Assembly: GCF_006345805.1 (NCBI RefSeq)
Contig: NC_043002.1
Coordinates: 2,356,001-2,420,000 of the forward strand
Reading direction: 5' to 3'
DNA: 64,000 bases
Source: Octopus sinensis
Taxonomy: Eukaryota
In this document: positions 11,363-23,670 of the stretch, piece by piece
Numbering within the stretch: the first letter of the stretch is position 1
Layout: each line of letters begins with the position of its first letter
The notes under the pieces: generated by a model
What the model was told of the DNA's origin: nothing
What the model saw: only the letters and a program-made list of their open reading frames with translations
Database searches by the model: none
Translations under genes and position numbers: made by a program

Positions 11363-11587
11363 AACGTCGGCGAGCCGTCAGAATCGTTAGCACGCCGGAC
11401 AAAATGCTTAGCGTCACTTCGTCCGTGTTTACGTTCTGAGTTCAAATTCCGCCAAAGTTGACGTTGCCTTTCATCCTGTCGAGGTCCATAAATTAAGTAC
11501 CAGTCAAGTAGTGGGGTTGATGTAATCGATGTACGCCCCCTCTCCCTCCGGAATTGCTGGCCTTCTGCCAAAAGTTGAAACTAATAT
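11363..11587 (+). mobile_element. OK-like SINE
   Basis: Full-length match to the in-window family; B-box-like GAGTTCAAATTCC. Confidence 0.85.
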
Positions 11588-13659
11588 TTGTAGAGGGTTG
11601 TTACTAATTTGAAATAAAGAAAAGATTGCGACGTTCAATAATACTTTGGATAAACGAAGCGAGTTATACAGATTGCTAGAGAGTAAAAGGGAAGGAAAGC
11701 CGAAGAAGCTATTCTACAACTTTTGGAGGCAAAGTGTTGGAATCTAAAGATAATAAACATAGCTATCAGATAGAAGATTGCTTTGAAGCTAATCAGTGCC
11801 GTGTCGCTGCTTCAGAGTGAATTAACAACTAAATTACTTCTGGAAAAGTAAAATGATTGTTTATTGAGAAGAACGTTAGATATGTGTCGTACTCTCCTGT
11901 GGTCTATATCTGCTAGTTTGCATCTGAGGAATTTATTGGCAACTCTTGTTTAATCTAACGTAATGGAACTCTGGTGTATGAGCTTTAGTGGGGATTATTA
12001 AAGATTTATAAAAGTAGTGTATTTCTCATACTAAACCACTCCTATGTTCTGTTAGGACTTATGAAAGCTTAGAGTATCCAAGCTTTTGAAAGATTTATGT
12101 TTAGCTATAAAAATTGCTGGTGCTTATTAAGAGGGTTTAAGGCGAAGGACAGATTCGGAGAAGAATCAGAAAAATAAAGTTGACGCGGTTTTAATAACTA
12201 AAGTAGGCTTTAGCCGAAGTAAGAACATCCTTTTTGATTTTATAAGGTGTGTTGCTTGCTTCTTTTATGAACCATATATATCTCGACAAAGTTGTAAGTT
12301 CTTTTTATTTTCATTAGGGTAGTTGAACGAATGGATGTGCCGACAAAATCAGCTTTTAAATATTCGTATTATATAGGACTAAGTTTTATATGGGCGATTG
12401 TGCAATACAATTGTATTGTTAGGAATAGAAGTGGTTACATTTAAGCTTCTTAGTAACATAGATGTTGCTATGTTGGGTAGAAAACCGAGACCGGTTAGTA
12501 CAACCGGTATATATATTAAAACTTGTTAGTGGAGTATATAGATTGGTATGTTTTCGTTATTTAAGACTATCACAAATGCTTCAGTCAGTGTTAACTATCT
12601 CCATATATGAAATGCAACACTACATTAAAATACATAAATACACATTATTGTATAAGTGCTCATACATACACACACGCACACACACATGCTCGTACGCATA
12701 CGCACACATACACACACATACGTATGCACAAAAAGAGGGGCGGAGGGAGGGAGATTCATGGAAATTATTTTCCCCTAGTTTTCTTTTCTACTAACAAATG
12801 CAGTTTTATTTATCTTAGAAAATGCTTTCAATTTGATTCGGTGAGAATGCTTTATACTTTAACAGAAAGAAGTTTTAACAGAAAGAGATGTTGTGGCTTT
12901 CGTGCCACATTCATTTACGCGAATAACTTTTTACAAACTGTTCTCTCAATTCAGCCATGCGTGGAACGGGGGTATTATTCATGGAAATCACTATTTAATT
13001 ATGTGGTTTCTGGAAAAAGTCATTCTTCTACTAGAACTGAATTCACGAATTTCGCTTCTAATAGAACCCCGTAGGCTGCAGGTGGAAAATGTAAGTAATG
13101 GCCATTGTGTTTCTTTAGAGAATAAGGTTTGCATCCATTCATCAGAAGTTGCACGAAATTACATTTTAACGTTTTCTGAGTTTATAGGACAATTTCTTAG
13201 TCACAATTATTCCGATTGCTTAATGAAACTCAAAATATCTTTACACGAACCTATAGGTTAAATTCCATTGGAATAAGGTTAAAAACATTTTTATTCAAAA
13301 GCTAAAAGTATCTATGTACATAGAGAGGAATTCCTTGATCACGTATTATACTTATGCACCAGATGTATCCGGCCAGTTTTCTAAAGTATATCATGAGATT
13401 TTATAGAAGTTTAACTGATTCTACAATAGATACTCCGTAGGTTTGTAAATGCATGATTCCGTGAGCTTACTCGTTTAAACAGTTACGCAAAACATAATTA
13501 CAACTTTTGTTAACTGGTCAATGTCTATCAGAGATTTAGCTCCCTTATTCGGGTTTCTTGTGTTTTCTTTCATTATTTATTACAATTCTATATCGCTATT
13601 TGTTTCCAATGATTTTATCACAGCATCTATAGGTCAGACTCAGAATAGCAACGTATATA

Positions 13660-13691
<32 letters not shown>

Positions 13692-13841
13692 CATGTATGT
13701 ATGTATATATATACATGTATGTATGTATGTATGTATGTATGTGTGTATGTATGTATGTATGTGTGTATATACAATTATTTGGATAATAAAACCATAAATG
13801 CTAATGGCTAAGCCAGTCCGGAAAGGGCGGAAGCCGAGCTG

Positions 13842-13894
13842 TCTTAACTGATGAGGCAACGGAAATAGTCGAAACTGATGCGTCAATATTAAGA
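13842..13894 (+). ncRNA. Type I hammerhead ribozyme, copy 1 (G16.2A; AUA triplet)
   Basis: TCTTAA-CTGATGA-GGCAA(CGGAAA)TAGTC-GAAA-CTGATGCGTCA-ATA/TTAAGA. Confidence 0.78.
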
Positions 13895-14196
13895 TTTCTC
13901 GATCGGTATTTTTCGGACGATTATGGTCCCTGTAAGTGTGTATGTTTTCACTCATGTGCGTTAAATACAGCAATAGAGCGATTTAGCTCTTATTTCTTGC
14001 AATGTAGTTGTTTCTTGACTCCCTAGTCACATTTAGTGACATTTATAATTCTCATTTTTGGTGAAACATTACAAAATAGTGTTTATATCCATTTTATATA
14101 GACCCATTAACGAATCGGCAAATCATCCAATTACTTGGATGAGGAAAACCTAAATACTAATGGCGAGTGAGTCCAGAATGAGCGGAAGCTGAGCTG

Positions 14197-14249
14197 TCTT
14201 AGTTGATGAGGCAACGGAAATTGCCGAAAAAGACGCGTAAGTCTTAAGA
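14197..14249 (+). ncRNA. Type I hammerhead ribozyme, copy 2 (C3U; GUC triplet)
   Basis: TCTTAG-TTGATGA-GGCAA(CGGAAA)TTGCC-GAAA-AAGACGCGTAA-GTC/TTAAGA; perfect 5-bp stem II. Confidence 0.78.
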
Positions 14250-14525
14250 ATTCTCGATTGACACTTTCCAGACTATTATGGTTCCTGTTAGTGTGTGTGT
14301 TTTCATTCATGTGCGTTAACTACAGCACTAGAGCGATTTAGCTCTTGTTTCTAGCAATGTAGGCTTTTCCTAACACCCTAGTCGCATTTAGTGACATTTA
14401 TATGTCGTTTCCTCATTTTAACATTTCGAAGTGTTTCAACATAATAAAAGAAAAGAAAATGAGAAATATAGAAATGTTTCCTTTATTCTGTCCGAATATA
14501 GATGCAAGCTTCCACAGAACGATAA

Positions 14526-14654
<129 letters not shown>

Positions 14655-15705
14655 GTTATCTTGAAATGTGCGATGCTTACTTTGAGGCGGGAGAAAAGTA
14701 TAAATTGTAGGAGTATAGAATGTCCAAACGGAGAGAGAATGGAAGACCCGGATGATGATGGGCACAAGTGCCTTGGGATCCTGGAGCTGGACGATATCTT
14801 GCACCGAGAAATGAAAGACAAGGACGTCATTGCATATTTCACGGGCCTCAAACTTCTCTTGAAATCAAAGCTCAACTCAAGGATCCTTATGACTGCCATC
14901 AACATATGGGCTGTTGCTGTGGTCCGCTGTAGTGCACCCATCCAGAAATGGGCACAAGCAGAGATTGACCAACTCGATCAAACTACCCGAAATACATTGA
15001 CAATGCGTGGTGCCCTCCACCTTCAGGCGAATGTACACAGGCTCTTCATGAAGAGGGGTAAAGGTGGACGTAAGCTGATTAGTGTACGGGAGGGCATCAA
15101 CAGTGAAAGAAGAAACATGGCAGAATATTTGCTAAACAGCAAAGAAGACCTCCTACAGTATACTGTTAATGCAGAAGGGTTTACCAAAAATGACTTGAGA
15201 GGGCTCATGAATTCCTATCAAGAACAGCCAACGAGAGAGAAGAAACCCTACTCCGCATGGAATTACATGGTCAGTTCCACCGTGAAACCAACAAATTAAA
15301 AGACCAGGAAGCATCATAGAAGTGGCTTAACAAAGGTGACCTCAGGAAGAATACAGCCCAGCACCCGGTATTGAATACCAACTAAGTCAAAAAGAATATA
15401 TACCACACAAGTGCAACAGATCTCTGCAGAATCTAGTCAACCATAAAGGTTATCCCTATTGCCATCAGAGCATTGGGTTCAATACCACCCAATCTGAAAA
15501 AACATCTGAAGAGCTTACAAAACCCTCCAATCTAGATGTATTGCAAAAGTCGGCATTACTTGGAACTGTACGCATATTGCGTAAAGTAGTGTCTGTCTGA
15601 GGTCCTTGTTATGGCTTGACAAACAATACAAACCCAGGGTAGACACAATATCTTCAATCAACAACCCCACGATATTGTATACTGCGAGACGTCTATAATA
15701 ATAAT
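14655..15705 (+). mobile_element. 5'-truncated, decayed R4/Dong-clade element (family D)
   Basis: HKCLGILELD, LKSKLNSRILMTAINIWAV, LFMKRGKGGRKL, C-terminal LQKSALLGT-like motif; ends in a short (TAA)n. Confidence 0.8.
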
Positions 15706-15734
15706 ACTAAGAAGAAGACGCCGACAAAAGCGAT

Positions 15735-15814
15735 ACCTGTCAAATACTGGGATCCATATAATTCAATACTTATCCCCCCCTATATTTGCAGGCTTTGTGC
15801 CAAAATTTGAAACC

Positions 15815-15843
<29 letters not shown>
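15735..15843 (+). mobile_element. OK-like SINE 3' half with (AGT)n tail
   Basis: GGCTTTGTGCCAAAATTTGAAACC followed by (AGT)n. Confidence 0.6.
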
Positions 15844-15845
<2 letters not shown>

Positions 15846-16440
15846 AAACGTGAATCTCTTTACTATCGTTATCTTCTTTGATCATAAAAGCAATCGTTAA
15901 GTTAATAACAGTTAACTCTTTTAAACCATTAATCGAGCAGCAACATAAATCTGCAAGTAGACCTTATTTAATCGAACAGATAGACTTGCCTTTCAGTTAA
16001 CCCTGAAATATTAAATGTCAAATAAATTCGGTTGCATTAGCCTTTGTCAAACAAATAATGCAAATATTGATCTTCAGCTAACCGCCATCAACTAGTAAAA
16101 GAAACAAATTCACAGTGTACTAGACCTCAAAGCCGAATGTTGCGCAGTATGAAATTTAAAACATTAATGGTGCTTTGAAAATTATCAGAGATTATTTTCA
16201 GCATTTCTAAAACAGCGCAAATTAATCATATAATTTTATAGCTAAACTACAATAAAAGCAAATTTATGGCATAGAATCCTTGATATTATTTTGTGAATAA
16301 ATTTTCAGTGAAATGTTCGGAAGGTTTGTTCACTACGTGTTTCGGCACTTAAAGTTCTAAAACCTCATTACCCTTTGTAAACATTATTTACTATCTAAGA
16401 TTGTCAAATAGGAATAAGGCTTTAGAAGTAGGAGTTTTAT

Positions 16441-16457
16441 AGACACACACACGCGCG

Positions 16458-16540
<83 letters not shown>

Positions 16541-16543
16541 TCA
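16441..16543. repeat. (CA)n microsatellite
   Basis: Directly visible. Confidence 0.95.
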
Positions 16544-16894
16544 CAAAAAGAACAAGATGACTACGGCCAGAATTGAAGTCTTATTTCCATGAGGAGGAAG
16601 ATGATTGAAATAGTGGAACAATGGATTCTACCATTTACGGTATTTCACTCTTATTCCTTTGAACTTTCCTTGCAAATCTTTTCGAGTGTTTTGTTATCCT
16701 TCATCTCACTAGGATTGATAAAATAAATACCAGTAACACACTCGTGTCAATTTACCCACGCATCACTATAAAACTTAGTTTTCGTTTAGTGAAGAGAAAC
16801 CAACAAATATTAAATGCTAATTTAAATCTCATTTTATTAGCTGACTACTAAGCAGTTTATTTGCAATTAGTATCATTTGACTATATATAATTGG

Positions 16895-17205
16895 CACCTC
16901 GGCGGTCACGACGATGAGTGTTGCAGTTGATCCGATCAACGGAACAACGTGCGTGTGAAATTAACGTGTAAGTGGCTGAGCACTTCACGGAAACGCGTAA
17001 CCCTTAACGTAGAACTCGGGGAGATTTTCCTTGTGAAACAGAATGATACGGGGCTGGTCCCTTTGAATTACAAATACAACTAACTCATTTTTGCCAGCTG
17101 AGCGGATGGGGAGTGGACTGGAGCTAAAGGACTTAACGCGTCGCCGAGAATCGAACTCACGACCTTGCGATCATAAGCCATATATAATAACCATCAAACC
17201 ACTCG
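16895..17205 (-). mobile_element. OR-like tRNA SINE (same tail type as 35577-35902), diverged
   Basis: Aligns with 35577-35902 (GATCAACGGAAC...GAAATTAACGTG...CCCTTAACGTAG); minus-strand B box GAGTTCGATTCTC near 17150. Confidence 0.8.
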
Positions 17206-18017
17206 CTTTCACACTCAGATACATAATCGCTTTCGTATTCAACCAGAAATCACACAGAAGATATATGGTGTTCCATCCAACACATATATTTGCATGACAC
17301 TTTAAGAACATAGCGCTTCGTCTGGTTCTGTAAATATCTCAACAGAATAAACGCAGAGCAATTAAGACGAGTAACCTGTTGAAAGGTTGACACTGTTAAA
17401 GGTGTTTCAGGGCACAGAATACTTTATTGTGCCGACACAATCAGTCACAATTTGTACGCAAATCGTTGAAGCTAGTAAAATATTTCTTATGCGCGGCGTC
17501 CTTCTTTAGAGTACGTTAACTGGAGTTAGCCATAGAGAGGAGACATAAAGTACAGTGGTAATAGTCTGTTATTTTTAACCCAAAGTCCTATGTTTGTCAT
17601 ATCACTCCATTATCATCCAAACTGTAAACCTGCATGATATAGTAAACTCTAACCTATAAATATTTATATACGACCGAATCGATAGACTCTCAGACTACTG
17701 GTGCTGTCCTTCCAGGCACTTAACACTTTTATTTTCATTAGAGCAGTCTCTAAATAGAAGCATATTTATGCTGCACAATCAGCCAGTAAGCAGCAGGAGA
17801 ACTATATACTTGCTATATGCTTCCTGCTAATGTTGTCATGCAGTTTGTTTCATTGAACCTCATCTACAGTACACCTTCCATTTCTGGTTCTGGCTTGTAA
17901 CTTGATCCAGATGCTGCATCTGATTGTGCATGTGAAGGCAGATGGTGCAATAATCCCGCACGCATCAACATATGGCTGCTTTGCTCAACTGTGATAGATC
18001 ATACGAAAGAGAAAAAT

Positions 18018-18070
<53 letters not shown>

Positions 18071-19002
18071 AAGATTAGTAAATAGAGACGAACATGTTAG
18101 ATCATTCATGAAGAATTGGAAATTAACATATCCCTTTTTTAGGCTAATAGTCTATAACTAAACAGCTTTCCATTTCTACTAGACCGTTAAATTCTGTCTG
18201 CAAATTAACATATTTTCGATCAACGATATACGTAAAGAAAAACATTGGCAAGCTGTTCTCTGTTTAAAATGTACTTTATATCCATTATGAAATTATATCA
18301 TGGTCGCTTCTAAAATGGTTTTCCGGAAATCTTATCTCCTTTAACCAAATCCATATTCTATTCATTCGAAACTAAGATAGTTGACAATGTTTGCTATCAT
18401 TTCACATCTCAAAATGAAATTTATCTACTTTCGCTACCATATTTAATGTTCTGTTTTCATACTCTCATCACAACAAAATATTATCGATACAGTTTAATGT
18501 CGGAGAAGAACAGTGTGTTGACGAAAATAGTAGAACGCCTCACTATACAGCTTGCAGCGTTTAGTTTCATTACAGCGTATTTGCGAGGACAGGCTTAATA
18601 CTTTCAGATAATGATATCTCACCAATTTATTATGACCACTCTTTATAACAGGTTCTCATTTAAAACATTCTGGAGAGATGAAAGACAGAATGAATCTCGA
18701 CAGAATTTGCAGCCAGAATATGTCAACTAAACCGTATCACTATATTTTAGGGAATAAGTGAATTTTAAAAATAGCGGTTTTGTAAGAAGATTACCGCTTA
18801 CGCAGGGCTGCTAAACACACTTAGTAAATAGTCAATGAAACAGAATCAATATTACTGGTATTCATGTTATTGATCTACAGGTACAGAATGACAAAGTCGT
18901 TACTGATGATAGGTTTGGACTATTTAAATAATCTGCAAATACCAAATGAAGAAGTTCAGGCTGTTGTGTTAAAACAATACGAACACGCTTGTTTTCGGTA
19001 TC

Positions 19003-20239
19003 CAGGGTGCGAGGACTATTAGAGATAATACTTAATTATCTGTATTTCAACCAATTAAAAGCTCCTTATTTCTTTCAGATCTCCTATGGCCGTTAAAATG
19101 CTAACATAACAAATAGAAAAGACATCCAGTGATTATTGTCATATGCGCAGAAACCAAGGATTTAGAAATTGCCAACTTTCTCAATTGTTTGCAAGATTTT
19201 TTACATACAAAGTTTGGATGGAATTGGAAGCCTCTGGCTGCGATTCTTCAACTGTACCAAAGAATAACTAAACATTGCAAACGTTCGGGTTCTGTGAAGA
19301 CCCTGCAATTTCATTCAAAGTGCTTAAAACTTTATCGATAATTATCCCGAAAAATTAATGAGGGCCATTGTCAAAGAGCTCCGGGAATTGGACTTGGCTA
19401 TCAGAACTGTGGCACACAAGGACATTCGATACAGGTCGTGCTTACTGAGGAGAAACCAGCTTAAGAAGAAGAAAACTGTTCCATCCGAACCAATTGGTTA
19501 CTAAACAAGTTTAAAACTTTCGCATTCTTCTCGATGAGAAAATTTTCTGCCAAGACCAAAAGTCAAACAGAGAAAATGACAGATTGTTTATGTACAGATC
19601 CTTCGGAATTCCCCAGTGGGATCCACACTAGGTTCCCAGCAACTGTGATGGTTTTATGAATTGTGAGTAAGGAGGTCATGTCATGCGACCCGCACATCCT
19701 TCCACAGGGTGTTAGAATTAATGCTACGGGTACCTTGGAGTGCTGGAGAGAGTTGCTGAGCAGTGGAAGGATGACGTAAGCTGTGCAATGCCACACATGA
19801 TTCAACAACGCTCAACACCTCCAAATAAAGCTCACGTAACTCAAGAATAGCTATCAGACAATGTTTAAGATCATGTAACTTTATAATTTTAGTTTCCAAA
19901 CTCGCAAGATTTAACTCCCAAGGACAATGACATTTGAAACGTTGTTGAAAGAGAGACGAATCGGCGCGTCGCAATATCATAGCTTCACTAAAGGCCGCCA
20001 TTGTCCAGGTGATATCCAAACTGCATAAGAACCATTTTTATGCAGGTATGCCAACGATCTCGGTCTTGCATTGAAGCAGTCATCGAAGCTGAAGGTGAAT
20101 TCCTTGAATAATCTGATAGGAAGGCTTATCGACAAAATGTGCGCAAATTTCTATTAAAATAAATGTGTTCTTGTTTTTTCAAGATTAAAGTTGTTTTATT
20201 AAATTATTGAAAATGTTCTTAAATATGTCTCGCACCCTA
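19003..20239 (+). mobile_element. Decayed Tc1/mariner-superfamily transposon, maT/DD37D-like
   Basis: Broken motifs F(S)DEKIF..DQKSNRENDR, FPATVMVL..VS.EGHVM, QQ.S.P..KA..TQE.L.DN, PNSQDL.P.D, ..RFRSRIEAVIEAEG; terminal inverted AGGGTGCGAG (19004) / CTCGCACCCT (20229-20238). Confidence 0.72.
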
Positions 20240-20380
20240 TCAGAGCATCGTACGTTCATTTAATCATTCTGATTATATTTGTCAAGAATGGCCAAACTAT
20301 ATAATAGCGTTAGAAATTTTCTTAATCTTTACATCTGCTAACGAAAATCACAATTAATTCAGTCTAATTAAGAATACAAG

Positions 20381-20572
20381 AAGGTGGTGCGCTGACAGAA
20401 TCTTTAGCACGTATGTCTTTAGGTTTGGAGTTCGAATTCCACTGAGGTTCACTTTGCTTTTCGTCCTTACGGAGACGATAAAATAAGCGACAGTTGAGTA
20501 CTGGGGTCGATGTATTCAACTAATTCCTTCCCCAGAAATTGCTCGCCTTGTGCAAAACTTTGAAACCAATTA
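20381..20572 (+). mobile_element. OK-like SINE
   Basis: Matches the in-window family; ends TGTGCAAAACTTTGAAACC. Confidence 0.8.
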
Positions 20573-22566
20573 AAAGTACAGAAAAGTACAGAAGTACACT
20601 GAACCTATACAAACGTCAAGATTTAACTTATCTCGTTATATTTTATTGCTGTGGTAAACAGCTGTAAACTTCCCAGAGTTTTATTGTATTGCTGTTGTAA
20701 GTTCTGAAGAATCAATTTTCGGTTTTGTTTACAGAATTCTGTTTATTTAAGCGTAGACACAGATCCATAAGCCTTTGTTTTTGCGTCAAAAAAATAGGTT
20801 AGACGAAATTACTTGTAAACAAACATCACATAAAAAAGGAGGAAATCGTTTTAAGGAATTATATTAATTGATTATATATATACTAACCATCTTTATGTGT
20901 CTTTTGTGTATCGAAACTAAGAATAACAGTAAGGCCAGTTTATACATATTTGAAAAAGAAAAACTCTATCTTTCTTATAGACAGCTAATATTCTATTATG
21001 GTATCAAATACGATCAATTTTACGAGATATTTACGTTTGATGTATCATTAGAATTCTTTTTAGGTTTTATAGGAATCCATAATGATGTTTTTTCATACAT
21101 TTTCCTTCGATTATGACCAACATCTCAATAACGTATAAGCATTCTAGCTTGAGAAATCAATCAATAACCTAAATTGATGGCATTTCCATATATTTCTTGT
21201 TCCAGTAGATTCTAGCTAGAATAGGAAGAAATATGAATTTATTAATGGTAGTAGTATATATGTATATATAATAGCACGCGTAACCTACTTGCTAAATGTA
21301 GGTAAACTATGCTAAAAGCAACGTCGAACTAGTTAGACCATAATGACTTTACAAGGATTATCTTCAAGGATTTTTAACCAGTTGAAATTAGATTTATTCT
21401 GTGCTGAACCACATAGCCTTTAAAAACAAATAAAAAAACTTTGAGTAAATTCATGAGAAAAATTTTTAAATGAAGTAACGTTGTGAAAAAGAAAGATTAT
21501 GCCATTAGTAAAAATGAAATTTGCCGTGAAACAGGATAAAGTGAATGCTTGGATATCTTTATTATAATGGAATTTCTATAAGTAATTCTATGTATGTAAT
21601 CGAAACCTCGGCAACTCTTCTTCTCGCCTCCTACCATGTCATCCCAAACATAACTCGTGTCTGATAGCACCTCTTATGCTAACTACTTCTCTCAAGTAAG
21701 AAGTAGAAGTAAATCATGTCACACACAACTGACACCAACAACAGCTCTGAGGCAAGAAAACAGAAAATGTAAGATGGCGGGAATCGTCTTTTGGTAGATA
21801 AGAATACCATTCGGTATGCCTGTTCTTTGGCGATGGAATGGACGAAGAAGAAGACATATTCTAGAGTCTAAAATTATAGAGGGACACACAGGTCAATATA
21901 ATATAACATTTACAAAAAGAGGAGAGAATATATACTTATATATTACAAAAGCCATTAGAAAACCTCCCGGTGGGTCAAGTTTCTTGTACAATTATTAAAA
22001 AAGGTGTTTGATGAATCCCGTTTTGTAGGATCTCCTTTGTCTTTTTCTAATTTGGTGGAAGCCAAGGGATAAAGGTGATACCAACAATATAATTGAACAC
22101 GTAACCATCGAAGATGGTATTTCTAGGCATATTTACCGACTGCCTGTTCAAGAATGTCATCAATGAGAAACCATTATTATATTTGAGATTTTAGGTCCCA
22201 AAAATATACGTGTGTTGATGTTAGAATGAACCGATATTCCTAATGTCTAAAAGAATTGACTGAAACGAAACGTTTTAACCTATGGCAATGGCATTTGGCA
22301 GAGTGTTTGGTAAGAAAAGTACTTATCAAAACCATTTCGGTCAGAAGCAAAGAATACTTGGTGTTTCAGAGAAATAGAAAAAGAATGACTTGAAAATGTA
22401 AATAACAGAAAAGTGTCGAATTATTCGTATTTCGTTTATTGTTTCTGGTTTTACAAGATTCAATGTTAAATATTTGGGGATATAATCATGATAAGTAACA
22501 ATTAGAGAGCGATCCTCAAGATTTGTAAGAATTAAGTTAGCTTTATTCTCAGCCAATTAAAACGAT

Positions 22567-22650
<84 letters not shown>
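22567..22650. repeat. (AGT)n microsatellite
   Basis: Directly visible. Confidence 0.95.
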
Positions 22651-22952
22651 GAAAATCTAATATTGTTACTATTAGCATCAATAAAGCTTCTTTGCCGTGA
22701 CGCCCGCATTCTTGAAGTCTTGGGAAATGGTTTTAAGTATTATTAATCTCTTAATATCTTTTACACTCAAAGCTTTTTAAAAGAATCTTAAAAGAACCGT
22801 CTCTACCGAAACAATGTCTAAAGGGCCTATTAATAGATTGCCGTCAACTAATTGCCATCTTTATATGTTTTACAAGAAAACAATTATACAATACATGGTT
22901 ATTTATTACGCATGTGTATGTGTGTATGTGTGTGTGTGGTGTATGTCTCTAC

Positions 22953-22989
<37 letters not shown>

Positions 22990-23031
22990 TAAATATATAT
23001 ATATATATATATTATATATATAATATTATAT

Positions 23032-23069
<38 letters not shown>

Positions 23070-23109
23070 CGTATATACATAAACGTGAGTGCGTGTTGCA
23101 GGATTTTAC

Positions 23110-23484
23110 TGAGCCATCCCTAAAAGACTGACGATACTATTGAAGCAACAAGACCAGATATGATTGCAGAAGATATAAAAAGAGTGTAAGATCATAATCT
23201 TTAATTTACCGTACGATACCAGAGTGGCTACCAAAGACACTGTAGAAAAAAAACCTTTGGAAATATTAGAACCTAGCGATAGAGGTGAAGACCAAGACAC
23301 GAAGACCAAAACGATACTCTTGTAAGTAGTGCACTTGCCGATAGAACACCTACAGAAATCAGCATTGCTTAGAACTGCAAGAACTCTTCGCAGGGATCTT
23401 GAATCACGACCAGTGTCACCTTAGTCTGCAGGCTGGGGAAAGCTGACACTTTCCATCATTCCCAGCAAAATAATCTGTGTTTTC

Positions 23485-23545
<61 letters not shown>
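23110..23545 (+). mobile_element. 3' fragment of a Dong-like element with (TAA)n tail
   Basis: IEATRPDMI (REL PD motif) and LQKSALLRTARTLRRDLE; (TAA)n at about 23487-23545. Confidence 0.7.
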
Positions 23546-23546
<1 letters not shown>

Positions 23547-23549
23547 TTC

Positions 23550-23670
23550 AGAGAACACCGGGGACGTTTAAGAAGAGAACACCGGGGACGTTTAAGAAGA
23601 GAACACCGGGGACGTTTAAGAGAGAGAACACCGGGGACGTTTAAGAAGAGAACACCGGGGACGTTTAAGA
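23550..23670 (+). repeat. Five tandem copies of a 24-bp unit (AGAGAACACCGGGGACGTTTAAGA) at the 5' end of Dong A
   Basis: Copies start at 23550, 23574, 23598, 23623 and 23647. Confidence 0.95.

Larger units (their letters stand above)
13776..14430 (+). repeat. 355-bp ORF-less tandem repeat (about 1.8 units), one type I HHR per unit
   Basis: Units align at roughly 80% by eye; HHR cores begin at 13848 and 14203. Confidence 0.88.

Noticed and set aside
23550-23670. CRISPR-like appearance of the 24-bp repeats
   Set aside because: The repeats are contiguous with no unique spacers, there are no cas genes, and the context is a eukaryotic retroelement
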